NCBI GenBank assembly: GCA_018820005.1 | Contig: JAHJOS010000511.1 | Coordinates: 1 to 46,254 of the forward strand | From: Alphaproteobacteria bacterium | GTDB lineage: Bacteria > Pseudomonadota > Alphaproteobacteria > Rhizobiales > Devosiaceae | Length of the DNA stretch: 46,254 nucleotides | Direction: 5' to 3' | Part shown: piece by piece, positions 1-10,386 of the stretch | Numbering within the stretch: the first letter of the stretch is position 1 | How the letters are laid out: every line of letters starts with the position of its first letter | The notes under the pieces: model-generated | Told to the model about the DNA's origin: nothing | The model's input: only the letters and a program-made list of their open reading frames with translations | The model's database searches: none | Position numbers and translations under genes: made by a program

Positions 1-1
1 C

Positions 2-34
2 AGCTACGACATCAACCCGCTGGGCTTCTTCTAA
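2..34 (+). CDS. 3' end of AldB/ExaC-type aldehyde dehydrogenase (truncated by window start)
   Basis: Frame reads SYDINPLGFF*, the characteristic C-terminus of Pseudomonas AldB/ExaC/PedI acetaldehyde dehydrogenases; lies directly upstream of the eut genes. Confidence 0.7.
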   Translation, partial: SYDINPLGFF

Positions 35-147
35 AGCAGAACACCGGGGCTGGCTTGCGTGCGTTCAGCCCCGGCGCATCAACTCCGTGATTCCTTCTCC
101 AGCGGTAGCAAGCTGCCGCTGAGGATGGGTCTCTGGCGCCTGGTAAA

Positions 148-155
148 AACAATAA
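148..155 (+). promoter_or_regulatory. AANAANAA (Hfq/Crc catabolite-activity) motif before eutH
   Basis: AACAATAA next to the RBS of eutH; similar A-rich motifs precede the ADH and TonB genes. Confidence 0.5.
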
Positions 156-167
156 AAGGGCAAAGCA

Positions 168-1451
168 ATGGATCAGATAGGCAATTACGTCCTCTACGTC
201 ATCATGTTCTGCGCGGTCCTTGGGGCCTTCGCAGCCATTCGAGACAGCGAAAAAGGCCTCGGCCGCGAGTTCATGGAGGGCATCCATGCCACGGGGCACA
301 TCTTCGTCCCGGCAGCCGGGATCATGGCCTCCATCCCTTACCTGACGGTACTGATCGAAAGCGTGTTCGGGCCGTTCTTCGATGCGCTGAACGCCGACCC
401 GGCGCTGGCAGCGACGATGATCATCGCCTCGGACATGGGCGGCTACCACCTTGCCGCCGCGCTCACTGAAAGCAAGGAAGCGCTGATCATGGCGCTGATC
501 ACCGGCTCCATGGGCGGCGCGACCATCGTCTTCTCGATCCCCATGGGTCTGGCCATGCTCGACAAGCGCGACCACAAGTACATGGCGCTGGGCATCATGT
601 CGGGCATCCTCAGTATCCCAGTCGGTGTGCTGATCGCCAGCGTCGTGCTGATGCTGAGCAACCCCGCGGTGCGAGAGGTGGTCGCCACCAACGGTGAGGC
701 CACCTATCAGCTGGCAATGAGCCTTGGCGGCATCTTCGCCAACCTGTTGCCGATCATCGTCTTCGTGGTGGCACTGGCAGCCGGTCTGCGTTTTCTGCCG
801 GACCTGATGATCAAGGGCTTTATCGCCTTCGGACGCGGCCTTGATGCGATGATCAAACTGGTGCTGGTGTTCTCCATCGTCGAGTACTTCACGGGCTTCT
901 TCACCGTGATCTTCGGCGGCTGGGGCTTCCACCCGATCATCGCGGACGCCGAGGATCAGACCCGCGCGCTGGAAACGGCCGGTTATATCGGGATCATGCT
1001 GGCCGGTGCCTTTCCAATGGTCTACCTGCTGCGCAAGTACCTCGGTGGGCCGCTAGAGGCGCTCGGCGGCAAGGTAGGCCTGAGCGCCGTTGGCAGCGCC
1101 GGGATGCTGGCGACCATCGCCAATATCCTCGCGATGTTTCGTCTGGTGCGCTTCATGCCGCCGAAGGACAAGGTGATCAACATCGCCTTCGGCGTGTGCG
1201 CGGCTTTCCTGTTGGGCGATCACCTGTCGTTCACCGCCAACTTCCAGCCGACCATCATCCTGCCGGTGCTGATCGGCAAGATCCTCGCCGGCTTCACTGC
1301 CGTGGGGCTTGCCTACTGGCTGTCGGTACCCAAGGCGCTGCAACTGGAACAGCAGGATCGCGCCGCCGGCATCATCGATGCGGATGAATATCCGGGCTCA
1401 TCGCTACACGACGGCTCTCTGCCGATCCCGAAAGCCGCCGCCCACGCCTGA
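168..1451 (+). CDS. eutH: Ethanolamine utilization permease EutH
   Basis: 427-aa polytopic membrane protein with EutH motifs (ASDMGGY, MGGATIVFSIP, FLLGDHLSFTANFQP); upstream of eutBC. Confidence 0.88.
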   Translation: MDQIGNYVLYVIMFCAVLGAFAAIRDSEKGLGREFMEGIHATGHIFVPAAGIMASIPYLTVLIESVFGPFFDALNADPALAATMIIASDMGGYHLAAALTESKEALIMALITGSMGGATIVFSIPMGLAMLDKRDHKYMALGIMSGILSIPVGVLIASVVLMLSNPAVREVVATNGEATYQLAMSLGGIFANLLPIIVFVVALAAGLRFLPDLMIKGFIAFGRGLDAMIKLVLVFSIVEYFTGFFTVIFGGWGFHPIIADAEDQTRALETAGYIGIMLAGAFPMVYLLRKYLGGPLEALGGKVGLSAVGSAGMLATIANILAMFRLVRFMPPKDKVINIAFGVCAAFLLGDHLSFTANFQPTIILPVLIGKILAGFTAVGLAYWLSVPKALQLEQQDRAAGIIDADEYPGSSLHDGSLPIPKAAAHA

Positions 1452-1558
1452 ACCCCGACGATCCCTAAAGCGGGCCACTGCTGCCGCAAGAGGCTTAACG
1501 CCCTCATCGGCAGCGTGCTCGCCGGGTCGCCGTTCACCCTGAAAACAGGAGCCCGACC

Positions 1559-2953
1559 ATGGCAACCTATTCCCACAGCATCGGTGGCCAGACCTGGCGT
1601 TTCGACAGCTTGCGCGAGGTGCTGGCCAAGGCCAGTCCGCTGCGTTCTGGCGACTGCCTGGCGGGCGTCGCTGCTACCAGCGACGCCGAACGAGCGGCAG
1701 CGCAGATGACCCTCGCCGATGTGCCGCTCAAGCAGTTTCTACTCGAAGCGGTGATTCCCTATGAGCGCGACGAAGTCACCCGACTGATCATCGACAGCCA
1801 TGACGCCAACGCCTTCGCCCCGGTCAGCCACCTGACCGTAGGCGGCCTGCGCGACTGGCTGCTGGGCGATCATGCCGACGAGGCCAGCCTGCGAGCCCTG
1901 GCTCCCGGCCTGACGCCAGAGATGGCGGCGGCGGTGTCGAAGATCATGCGTGTCCAGGACTTGATACTGGTTGCGCAGAAAATTCGCGTCGTCACCCGGT
2001 TCCGCAACACGATGGGCCTACGCGGCCATATGTCCACCCGCTTGCAACCCAACCATCCCACCGATGATCCCGCCGGCATCGCCGCCAGCACGCTCGATGG
2101 CCTGCTCTACGGCAACGGTGATGCGATGATAGGCATCAACCCGGCCACCGACAGCATGGGCTCGATCTGCACCCTGTTGGAGATGCTCGATGCCGTCATC
2201 CAGCGCTACGAAATACCCACCCAGTCATGCGTGCTGACCCACGTTACGAGCTCCATCGCGGCCATTGAACGCGGCGCGCCGCTGGACTTGGTGTTCCAGT
2301 CCATCGCAGGCACCGAGGCGGCCAACGCCAGCTTCGGTATCAGCCTCAAGGTACTCCAGGAAGGTTACGAGGCCGGCCTGAGCCTCAAGCGCGGCACGCT
2401 CGGCAACAACCTGATGTATTTCGAGACGGGGCAGGGGAGCGCGCTGTCGGCCAACGCCCATCACGATGTCGACCAGCAGACCTGCGAGGCCCGGGCCTAT
2501 GCGGTGGCCCGTCATTTCAATCCCTTCCTGGTCAACACCGTGGTCGGCTTCATCGGCCCGGAGTACCTCTACAACGGCAAGCAAATCATCCGCGCCGGTC
2601 TGGAGGACCACTTCTGCGGCAAGCTGCTCGGCGTGCCAATGGGCTGCGACATCTGCTACACCAACCACGCCGAAGCCGACCAGGACGACATGGACATGCT
2701 GCTGACGCTGCTCGGCACCGCCGGCATCAACTTCATCATGGGTATTCCTGGGTCGGACGACGTGATGCTCAACTACCAGACCACCTCCTTTCACGACGCG
2801 CTCTACGCGCGCAAGGTGCTCGGTCTGCGCGCGGCACCGGAGTTCGAGCAATGGCTGGCGCACATGGGCATCTTCCAGCAGCGCGACGGCCAACTGCGCC
2901 TGGGTAACGAGCTGCCATCCGCCTTCCGCCAGGCCCTGGCACAACTTTCCTGA
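1559..2953 (+). CDS. eutB: Ethanolamine ammonia-lyase large subunit
   Basis: [31 protein letters not shown] and NYQTTSFHD motifs; AGGAG RBS. Confidence 0.97.
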   Translation: MATYSHSIGGQTWRFDSLREVLAKASPLRSGDCLAGVAATSDAERAAAQMTLADVPLKQFLLEAVIPYERDEVTRLIIDSHDANAFAPVSHLTVGGLRDWLLGDHADEASLRALAPGLTPEMAAAVSKIMRVQDLILVAQKIRVVTRFRNTMGLRGHMSTRLQPNHPTDDPAGIAASTLDGLLYGNGDAMIGINPATDSMGSICTLLEMLDAVIQRYEIPTQSCVLTHVTSSIAAIERGAPLDLVFQSIAGTEAANASFGISLKVLQEGYEAGLSLKRGTLGNNLMYFETGQGSALSANAHHDVDQQTCEARAYAVARHFNPFLVNTVVGFIGPEYLYNGKQIIRAGLEDHFCGKLLGVPMGCDICYTNHAEADQDDMDMLLTLLGTAGINFIMGIPGSDDVMLNYQTTSFHDALYARKVLGLRAAPEFEQWLAHMGIFQQRDGQLRLGNELPSAFRQALAQLS

Positions 2954-2979
2954 TTTCGCTCACTTATGCAGAGGTACGT

Positions 2980-3789
2980 ATGACCGATAACGCCCCTGCC
3001 ACAGAGAACCCGTGGCAACAGTTGCGCCAGCTGACCCCCGCGCGCATCGCGCTGGGCCGTGCCGGCACCAGCCTGCCGACCGGCGCCCAGCTCGATTTCC
3101 AGTTCGCCCATGCCCAGGCACGAGACGCTGTGCACCTGCCATTCGACCACGCAGCCCTGCGTGAAGAACTGCACGCCCGGGGGCATGGCACGCTGCTGCT
3201 GCACAGTGCTGCCAGTGATCGCCACACCTACCTGCAGCGTCCTGACCTGGGCCGGCGTTTGGACGACGCGTCCGCTGCGCTGCTGGATGATCACGTCAAG
3301 CAACACGGGGGCGGCCATGACCTGGCCATCGTCATCGCCGATGGTTTGTCTTCCCTTGCCGTCAGCCGCCACAGCCTGCCTTTTTTAACGCGCGTGCTCG
3401 AACAGGTGACCGCCGAAGGCTGGTCGCTGGCGCCGATCTCGCTCGTTGAGCAGGGCCGCGTGGCGGTGGCCGACGAAGTGGGCGAGCGGCTGGGGGCGAA
3501 GATGACGGTGATCCTGATCGGTGAACGGCCCGGGCTCAGCTCGCCGGACAGCCTCGGCTTGTACTTCACTTGGGCCCCACGCGTTGGCCTCAACGATGCC
3601 TACCGCAACTGCATCTCCAATGTCCGTCTGGAGGGTCTGAGCTACGGCATGGCCGCCTTCCGTCTGATGTACCTGATGCGCGAAGCCTGCCGACGGCAAC
3701 TGTCCGGTGTCGATCTCAAGGACGAGGCCCAGGTGCCTACGCTGGATAAGCAAGGTCCGGGTAATTTCCTGTTGCCAGACCTGGCCTGA
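2980..3789 (+). CDS. eutC: Ethanolamine ammonia-lyase small subunit
   Basis: [20 protein letters not shown] and [15 protein letters not shown] motifs; follows eutB. Confidence 0.97.
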   Translation: MTDNAPATENPWQQLRQLTPARIALGRAGTSLPTGAQLDFQFAHAQARDAVHLPFDHAALREELHARGHGTLLLHSAASDRHTYLQRPDLGRRLDDASAALLDDHVKQHGGGHDLAIVIADGLSSLAVSRHSLPFLTRVLEQVTAEGWSLAPISLVEQGRVAVADEVGERLGAKMTVILIGERPGLSSPDSLGLYFTWAPRVGLNDAYRNCISNVRLEGLSYGMAAFRLMYLMREACRRQLSGVDLKDEAQVPTLDKQGPGNFLLPDLA

Positions 3790-4178
3790 AAGAGGATGCA
3801 CCAGTAGGTAGACAGAGAGGATGGAGCGGCGAAGGGCACCGTGAAACGCGGGTTCGCCTTTCGAGCCTCGGAGCCCTGCCGCGGTATAGGGCACCATTGA
3901 CGAGTTCGTGTTGCTCGGACGCACCAGTTTCGTGGCGCTCCAAGCATCGACAAGCCTCGGTTTCGCTCGATGTCCTCACCCCATCGAGACGTACCGTCCG
4001 GAACACGGGCTGCTCCATCCGTATGGAGCGTGATACCGATACATTTACCTCGCAGCGCCCGTGAGCAGATCGCCCGTCTTGGAGTAATGTGGCCGTGCTA
4101 GGCTTGGGCTTGGCTGCGTTGCCTGCCAATACGAACAATTACGCACGGCCCGACTCGGCGCCTGGTTTGGAGTCCCGC

Positions 4179-6092
4179 ATGATCGCGCGCCCACCATCTG
4201 AGCTTCCAAGCGACCTCTCAGCGTTCGTTGCTACGCACTTCTCTGGTCGAGGCTCCAATCCGGATCGGTTGATTGCCGAATCCTGGTACCGCAGCGTCTA
4301 CGAGCACGGGCTCGATCCCGCTAAACCTGCCTCTCATGTTCAGCTTGAGCACCACGAGATCCGCCTGCATCAAGAGGAGCACCATGACTTTCTCGCGATT
4401 GCGAGCCAGGGCGTGGAAGGCCTCGCGCGGCGCCTGAACCCGGCGGGTTTTGCGGTGCTGCTCAGCGATCGGCGCGGTATCACGCTCGACGCGAGACTGC
4501 CAGGGCAGCACAGCCCCTATTCGGACTCGGGGCTGGTGATTGGCAGTTGCTGGGACGAGTCGCTGGTGGGGACCAATGGCATCGGTACCGGGCTGGCCGC
4601 CAGCCAGCCGCTGATCATCCACCGGGACGAGCATTTTCTCTGCAGCAACGCCATGCTGAGTTGCTCGGTGGCACCGCTGTTCGATCCCCAGGGTGCATTG
4701 CTGGGCTGCCTCAATGCCTCGTGTCTCAACAGTGGCGGGCCGAAGCAGGCGCAGTACCTGACGCTGCAGTTGGTAAGCCTGTACGCGCGACTGATCGAGA
4801 ACGCCAGTTTCCGTCAACGCTATGCCAGTTGCGCCATGCTGACCTTGGGCGGCGATTCGGGTGATTTGGGCAACGAGCGTTTGCTGGCAATTGATGGCGC
4901 GGGCTGCATCCTCGGTGCCAATCGGGCGTCCTTTCTATCCGCCGCCCAGGGGATCCCTCTGCTGGGGGCAGCAGTCCAGGATGTCCTGTCCATGTCACTG
5001 GATGAGCTAATCACCCTGACCCAGGGCGGCCAGCGCAGTGCACCCTTGCGCTTAGCCGGGGGAGCGGCACTGGAGGTCACGCTGCGCATGCCGGCCACCG
5101 CCACGCGGCGCTCCAGAAATGAGCGCGGGCTGAGGGTGGTTCCGGCAGAGCCGACGCTCGAGCACCTGGCAGGGGAAGACCCTGACCTGCAACGCTCCGT
5201 CCAGAAGCTGCGCCGCGTGCTTGATCGCGACATCTCGCTGCTGCTGACCGGCGAGACGGGGACCGGCAAGGAAGCGTTTGCGCGGGCGATTCATCAGGCT
5301 AGCGTGCGTGCCAGCGGACCCTTCATCGCGCTCAATTGTGCCGCGATCCCCGAGTCGCTGATCGAGAGCGAGCTGTTCGGCTACCGTGCCGGCACCTTTA
5401 CCGGCGCCAGCCGGCAAGGGATGAAGGGCAAGCTCGAGCAGGCCAATGGCGGGACGCTGTTCCTAGACGAGATCGGTGACATGCCGGCGCACTTGCAGAC
5501 GCGGTTGCTGCGGGTGCTGGCCGAGCGGGAGCTGGTGCCGCTGGGCGCTGCGACTCCAGTCGCGTTGAACGTGCAGCTTGTGTGCGCAACGCACCGCGAC
5601 CTGCCAGTGATGGTCGCTGCGGGGGAGTTTCGTGAGGACCTGTACTATCGACTCAATGGCTTGACGGTGAGGCTACCCGCCTTGCGCGACCGTGCGGATC
5701 GTAGGAGCCTGATTCGTCGTGTCCTGGCACGTGAGGCCGGGGATGAGCATATCGAGCTGACCACCGACGCAATGGAACGCCTGGCCACTTATGGATGGCC
5801 TGGCAATGTGCGCCAACTGATCAACGTGCTGCGCTGTGCCGTCGCGCTCGCCGACGACGGGATGATCGGTCTCGACTGCCTGCCGCCGGAAGTCGTGTCG
5901 GTGCCCGTGGAACGGTCGTCATCGGCACAATCGCTGACGACGACCCGGGATGCAGCCGAGGCGGCCCATTTGCAAACGACACTTGAACAGCACGGTGGCA
6001 ACGTCGCGTCTGCGGCTCGTTCCCTAGGCATCAACCGCGCCACCCTATATCGCAAGCTGCACCGTTACGACCTGGCGGCGCTGCGCAAATGA
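4179..6092 (+). CDS. GAF-domain sigma54-dependent activator (AcoR-like, Fis HTH)
   Basis: GTNGIGT GAF motif, GETGTGKE Walker A, ESELFGY..GTFTGA loop, WPGNVRQL, C-terminal HTH; ATG 4179 chosen for its GGAG RBS. Confidence 0.92.
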   Translation: MIARPPSELPSDLSAFVATHFSGRGSNPDRLIAESWYRSVYEHGLDPAKPASHVQLEHHEIRLHQEEHHDFLAIASQGVEGLARRLNPAGFAVLLSDRRGITLDARLPGQHSPYSDSGLVIGSCWDESLVGTNGIGTGLAASQPLIIHRDEHFLCSNAMLSCSVAPLFDPQGALLGCLNASCLNSGGPKQAQYLTLQLVSLYARLIENASFRQRYASCAMLTLGGDSGDLGNERLLAIDGAGCILGANRASFLSAAQGIPLLGAAVQDVLSMSLDELITLTQGGQRSAPLRLAGGAALEVTLRMPATATRRSRNERGLRVVPAEPTLEHLAGEDPDLQRSVQKLRRVLDRDISLLLTGETGTGKEAFARAIHQASVRASGPFIALNCAAIPESLIESELFGYRAGTFTGASRQGMKGKLEQANGGTLFLDEIGDMPAHLQTRLLRVLAERELVPLGAATPVALNVQLVCATHRDLPVMVAAGEFREDLYYRLNGLTVRLPALRDRADRRSLIRRVLAREAGDEHIELTTDAMERLATYGWPGNVRQLINVLRCAVALADDGMIGLDCLPPEVVSVPVERSSSAQSLTTTRDAAEAAHLQTTLEQHGGNVASAARSLGINRATLYRKLHRYDLAALRK

Positions 6093-6188
6093 TGTCTTGA
6101 CTACGACTCAGTGCTTTCGGTGGCCCGGAGCGCATGGCCGCCCGGTCCACCTAGGATCTGGGGCTGGTCGTCGCTCGACCAAATAACA

Positions 6189-6212
6189 AGAACCCCGCCG
6201 GGGCGGGGTTCT
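6189..6212 (-). terminator. Intrinsic terminator after aldA
   Basis: AGAACCCCGCC/GGCGGGGTTCT stem with a T-rich tail on the minus strand, between convergent genes. Confidence 0.75.
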
Positions 6213-6229
6213 GGATTACCGCAACTCTC

Positions 6230-7666
6230 TCAGCTTTGTAGATACACCGCATGAGTATGGGTGTACTCATAAAGGCCGTGCTTTCCGTCCGCACCGCCGA
6301 TGCCGGACTTGCGCACCCCGGCGTGGTAGCCCTGCATCGCCTCGAAGTTCTCGCGGTTGATGTAGGTCTCGCCGAAATCTAGGCCGGCGGCTGCCTTCAT
6401 CGCGGTAGAGAGGTCGCGCGTGTAGATCGAGGAGGTCAGGCCATACTCGCAGTCGTTGGCCATGGCGATGGCTTCGTCGAGATCGTCGATGATCTGGATT
6501 GGGAGCACCGGGCCAAAGATCTCCTGGCGCATGATTTCCATGTCATGTGAGCAATTGGCAAGGATGGTTGGCTGATAGTGGAAGCCCTGGCCGAGATCGG
6601 CCACGGCACCGCCAGTGATCAGATGAGCGCCTTGGTTCTGGGCGGTCCGTACCATCTGCTCGACCTTGCGCAGGCCGGCTTCGTTGATCAACGGGCCCAT
6701 TTCCACATCCGCTTGGGCAACAGGGTCGCCATAGCGGGTTTCGGCCATGGCCCCGGCGATGCGTTCGATGAACTGATCGGCCACGCCGCGCTGAACATAG
6801 ACGCGCTCTGCGCAGTTGCAGACCTGGCCTGTGTTAATAATTCGGGAGGCGCGAATAGCCGTCACGGCCAGGTCGAGATCGGCGTCGTTCATCACGATGG
6901 CCGGGGCCTTGCCGCCTAGCTCCAGGTTGAGCTTGGTGACGTTGGGCGCTGCGGCGGCCATGATCCGTGAGCCGGTGCCGACGCTGCCGGTAAAGCTGAT
7001 CATGTCGATGCCGCTGCTGGTTGTCAGGGCGCTGCCCACGCCGGCGCCACTGCCGCAGACCACGTTGAACACGCCATTGGGCAGGTCGGTCTCGGCCACC
7101 AGCTTGGCGAATTCGAAGCAGTTGTTCGGCGTTTCCTCGCTGGGCTTGATGACGATGGTGTTGCCCGTGACCAGTGCCGGCGCCATCTTCCGGGCGATCA
7201 GGAAGAACGGGAAGTTCCACGGCAGAATGCCGGCGACCACGCCCAGCGGCTTGCGGAACAGGAAGATGTTCTCGCCAGGGCGGTCGCTGGTGATGATTTC
7301 CCCCTCGATGCGTCTCGCCCACTCGGCCATGTAATCCATGTAATCGGCCGTGAAATTCACCTCCACCAGCGCAAGACTTTGGATCTTGCCTTGCTCTTCG
7401 GTGATGACGCGGGCAAGGCGTTCGGCGTTCTGCCGAATCTTGCTGGCGATGGTGCGCAGATAGCCGGCGCGCTCGTTGGCTGGCTTGTTCGCCCAGTCTT
7501 TCTGCGCCGTGCGGGCGGCCGCGATGGCGCGCTCGACGGTGGCCGAATCGGACTCCGGGACGCGTGAGAGCAGGGCGCCAGTGGCCGGGTTGCGCACGTC
7601 GACGAGGTTGTCGCAGGCGACAAAGCTGCCGTCGATATAGTTCTGATAGGTGATTGCGTCAGTCAT
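6230..7666 (-). CDS. aldA: NAD-dependent aldehyde dehydrogenase, AldA (lactaldehyde/glycolaldehyde) type
   Basis: PWNFP, FTGS, LELGGKAP, GQVCNC and EIFGPV motifs; AldA-like GADGKHGL tail. Confidence 0.88.
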   Translation of the reverse strand: MTDAITYQNYIDGSFVACDNLVDVRNPATGALLSRVPESDSATVERAIAAARTAQKDWANKPANERAGYLRTIASKIRQNAERLARVITEEQGKIQSLALVEVNFTADYMDYMAEWARRIEGEIITSDRPGENIFLFRKPLGVVAGILPWNFPFFLIARKMAPALVTGNTIVIKPSEETPNNCFEFAKLVAETDLPNGVFNVVCGSGAGVGSALTTSSGIDMISFTGSVGTGSRIMAAAAPNVTKLNLELGGKAPAIVMNDADLDLAVTAIRASRIINTGQVCNCAERVYVQRGVADQFIERIAGAMAETRYGDPVAQADVEMGPLINEAGLRKVEQMVRTAQNQGAHLITGGAVADLGQGFHYQPTILANCSHDMEIMRQEIFGPVLPIQIIDDLDEAIAMANDCEYGLTSSIYTRDLSTAMKAAAGLDFGETYINRENFEAMQGYHAGVRKSGIGGADGKHGLYEYTHTHAVYLQS

Positions 7667-7682
7667 GTCGATCTCCTGGTGC

Positions 7683-9839
7683 TCAGTTGCTGGCCGTTTT
7701 TTGGGTGGGCTGCGGCAGGTCGTCCGGGCCGTGTTCGAGACGGTCGTGGGCGCGCTTGATCAGGTACTGGTGGATCTGCTCCATCTGTTCGCGATCGAAC
7801 GCCTCGGCGAAGGAGGGCATGCCATCGGGAATGCGCGCGCCATGGAGGATGCCGAGGAATTGCTTGTGCGTTTCCGGCGTCAGCATGCGCAGATCCGGCA
7901 GCACGCCGCCGCTGACCGCATGAATACCGTGGCACTGCGAGCAGTAGCCGTCATAGAGCTTGGCGCCGGCCTCCACGGTGGCAGCATCAGCCGTCAGGGG
8001 CGGAGGCTTCGGCGCATCCTCACGCGGCGCCGGTTCCTGCAGTTCGGCCGTCCCGCCGAGCTTGTAGGTCAGCACCTGGGCGTAGGGCTGCACCCCGGCG
8101 CGCAGCGAGAGGGCGCCGGCAAAGGTGGAGAACGCACCGCCCCAGCCCGCCATGAAGGTCACGTACTGCTCGCCGTCCACGCTGTAGGTGATGGGTGCGG
8201 CCATCACACCACTGGCAGCGGGTTGCTCCCAGAGCTTGTCGCCATTGTCGGCCGCGTAGGCGATGACCCGCCCGTCGGCGCTGCCTTCGAACACCAGGTT
8301 GCCGGCGGTGCTCAGGGTGCCCCCGTTGAAGATGGTGACGTAGGGCACTTCCCAAGCCTGCTCTTGCTTGACCGGGTCCCAGGCGATCAGCTTGCCGGAC
8401 CAGGTGTCAGCGTATTCGCCCAGGCCTTCAGGATCCTCGGGCATCATCCCGGTCTTCAGACCCAGCTGGTACATGCTCTTGAACTTGTTGCGCGCAGGCG
8501 CATCAGGTACGTGCTCATACCAGGCGGACATGATGTGCGCGGGGATGTAGACCAGCCCGGTGTTCGGGTTATAGGACATCGGGTGCCAGTCATGCGCCCC
8601 CCAGAAGCCCGGCTGGACCAGCTTGGCCTTCTTCTCACCCTTCCAGTAGGCCGCGGCTTCATCATCGACGATGGGGCGACCGGTCTTCAGATCGACGCCC
8701 TTGGCCCAGTTGATCGGCACGATGTTTTCGGCCGAGAGCAGCTCGCCAGTGGCGCGATCGATGACGTAGAAGAAGCCGTTCTTCGGTGCCTGCATCAGCA
8801 CCTTGCGCTGTTTGCCCTCGATTTCCAGATCAGCCAGGATCATGTGCTGGGTGGCGGTGTAATCCCAGGCATCGCCCGGCGTGGTCTGGTAGTGCCAGAC
8901 GTATTCGCCGGTGTCGGCGTTGACCGCGACGATGGAAGACAGGAACAGGTTGTCGCCCTTGCCCTCGCTGCGCCAGATCGGATCCCACAGCGAGCCGTTG
9001 CCGACACCGATGTAGAGCAGGTTCAGCTCCGGGTCGTAGGCGAAGGAGTCCCAGGCGGTACCGCCGCCGCCCTGCTCGACGAACGCGCGGCCATGCCAGG
9101 TCTTCTTGGCGATGTCCATGCCCTTGCCTTCGGCCGGCTTGTCCGGGTCGCCGGGTACGGTGAAGAAGCGCCAGGCCTGATCGCCGGTTTCGGCATCGTA
9201 GGCGGTGACGTAGCCGCGCACGCCGAACTCGGCGCCGCCGTTGCCGATCACCACCTTGCCATTGACCACTCGCGGCGCGCCGGTGATGGAATAGCTGCGC
9301 TCCTTGTCGTAGCGCGTATCCACCGACCAAACGCGCTCGCCGGTCTTGGCGTCGATGGCTTCCAGGCGGCCATCGAGCACTCCGACATAGACCTTGCCTT
9401 TCCACACTGCAACGCCGCGGTTGATTGCATCGCAGCAGGCTTCACCGGCGCGGGAGCGGTCGGATTTGGGGTCGTATTTCCAGATTTCCTTGCCGGTGCG
9501 CGCGTCGAGCGCATAGACGATGGAGAAGGGGCCGGTGGTGTACATCACGCCGTCGACCACGATGGGGGTGGCTTCCACGCCGCGGTCGATGTCGAGCTTG
9601 TAGCTCCAGGCCAGGCCGAGATCGTCGACGTTGGCGTCGGTGATCTTCTTCAGCGGGCTGTAGCGCTGCTCGCCGTAGTCGCGGCCGTGACTCATCCAGT
9701 TGCCGGGCTCGGCGTCGGCGTTGGCGATGCGCTTGCCGTCCACATCGGCGGCGTGCAGCGGCAGGGACAGCAGGGCGGCAAGGCTGGCGCCAAGCAGGGC
9801 GGTGGGCCGTCGGCTCAAACAGGGATCGAATTGATTCAT
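7683..9839 (-). CDS. Type II PQQ quinohemoprotein alcohol dehydrogenase (ADH IIG/QgdA-like)
   Basis: Signal peptide, vicinal CC (EACCD), PQQ propeller motifs, WDYTA metal site, C-terminal heme c motif CSQCH; start set at MNQFD downstream of the sigma54 promoter. Confidence 0.93.
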   Translation of the reverse strand: MNQFDPCLSRRPTALLGASLAALLSLPLHAADVDGKRIANADAEPGNWMSHGRDYGEQRYSPLKKITDANVDDLGLAWSYKLDIDRGVEATPIVVDGVMYTTGPFSIVYALDARTGKEIWKYDPKSDRSRAGEACCDAINRGVAVWKGKVYVGVLDGRLEAIDAKTGERVWSVDTRYDKERSYSITGAPRVVNGKVVIGNGGAEFGVRGYVTAYDAETGDQAWRFFTVPGDPDKPAEGKGMDIAKKTWHGRAFVEQGGGGTAWDSFAYDPELNLLYIGVGNGSLWDPIWRSEGKGDNLFLSSIVAVNADTGEYVWHYQTTPGDAWDYTATQHMILADLEIEGKQRKVLMQAPKNGFFYVIDRATGELLSAENIVPINWAKGVDLKTGRPIVDDEAAAYWKGEKKAKLVQPGFWGAHDWHPMSYNPNTGLVYIPAHIMSAWYEHVPDAPARNKFKSMYQLGLKTGMMPEDPEGLGEYADTWSGKLIAWDPVKQEQAWEVPYVTIFNGGTLSTAGNLVFEGSADGRVIAYAADNGDKLWEQPAASGVMAAPITYSVDGEQYVTFMAGWGGAFSTFAGALSLRAGVQPYAQVLTYKLGGTAELQEPAPREDAPKPPPLTADAATVEAGAKLYDGYCSQCHGIHAVSGGVLPDLRMLTPETHKQFLGILHGARIPDGMPSFAEAFDREQMEQIHQYLIKRAHDRLEHGPDDLPQPTQKTASN

Positions 9840-9896
9840 CGCAGGCTCTCTCTTGTTATTGGTCTGGCCGCCCCATGGGGCAGGCCTTTCAGAGAG

Positions 9897-9912
9897 AGCA
9901 ACCGCTGTGCCA
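9897..9912 (-). promoter_or_regulatory. sigma54 -24/-12 promoter of the ADH-aldA operon
   Basis: Minus strand TGGCAC-AGCGG-TTGCT matches the RpoN consensus. Confidence 0.85.
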
Positions 9913-9987
9913 GCCATACAAATATGGCCGCAAAGCCAGTCGTGGCGAGGCCTGGCGCAATCACAGTCCCCCACAGTTAAAGCGGTC

Positions 9988-10040
9988 TGTCGCAACCGAA
10001 GCGACGCACGGCTGCGACACCTGTCGCGTCGCTGCGACAG
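9988..10040. promoter_or_regulatory. Putative enhancer (UAS) for the sigma54 activator
   Basis: Repeated TGTCGC/GCGACA half-sites including the palindrome CTGTCGC-N6-GCGACAG (10021-10040), about 75-130 bp upstream of the -24 box. Confidence 0.6.
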
Positions 10041-10386
10041 AGACGCTGGGCCCGCAGCCCTGGCAATCGGGGGCTGGATCTAGAGGTAGCGATTCAGAAC
10101 GGCCTGCCAAGGCAGCAGGACTGGCGGCCGGCGGGCAGTTTGGGCGGTGCAAACGACAAAGGGTGATGTCTCAAGGCTCGCTTGGCATGTGCGTTGCCTG
10201 GATGACGCGGAGCCACATGCAGGGTTTTGCGCATCGGATTCGTTCTGTAGTTTAAAAACGCGTTCCGGTTCGCCTGGGCCTAAGAGTGCCCAATTGCTTC
10301 ATCTTGAGGGCGTCGGTAGCTCTCTAGCCGTTCGCCAGGCCACACAGGCCGGCGGCAACAAAGCCATACAACAATAAGGTTTAACC

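Noticed and set aside
44-74. Hairpin after the aldehyde dehydrogenase as a terminator
   Set aside because: No U-tract; it may be only an intra-operon stabilising hairpin
7650-9980. 776-aa plus-strand ORF
   Set aside because: Antisense shadow of the ADH gene, caused by high-GC codon bias; no motifs
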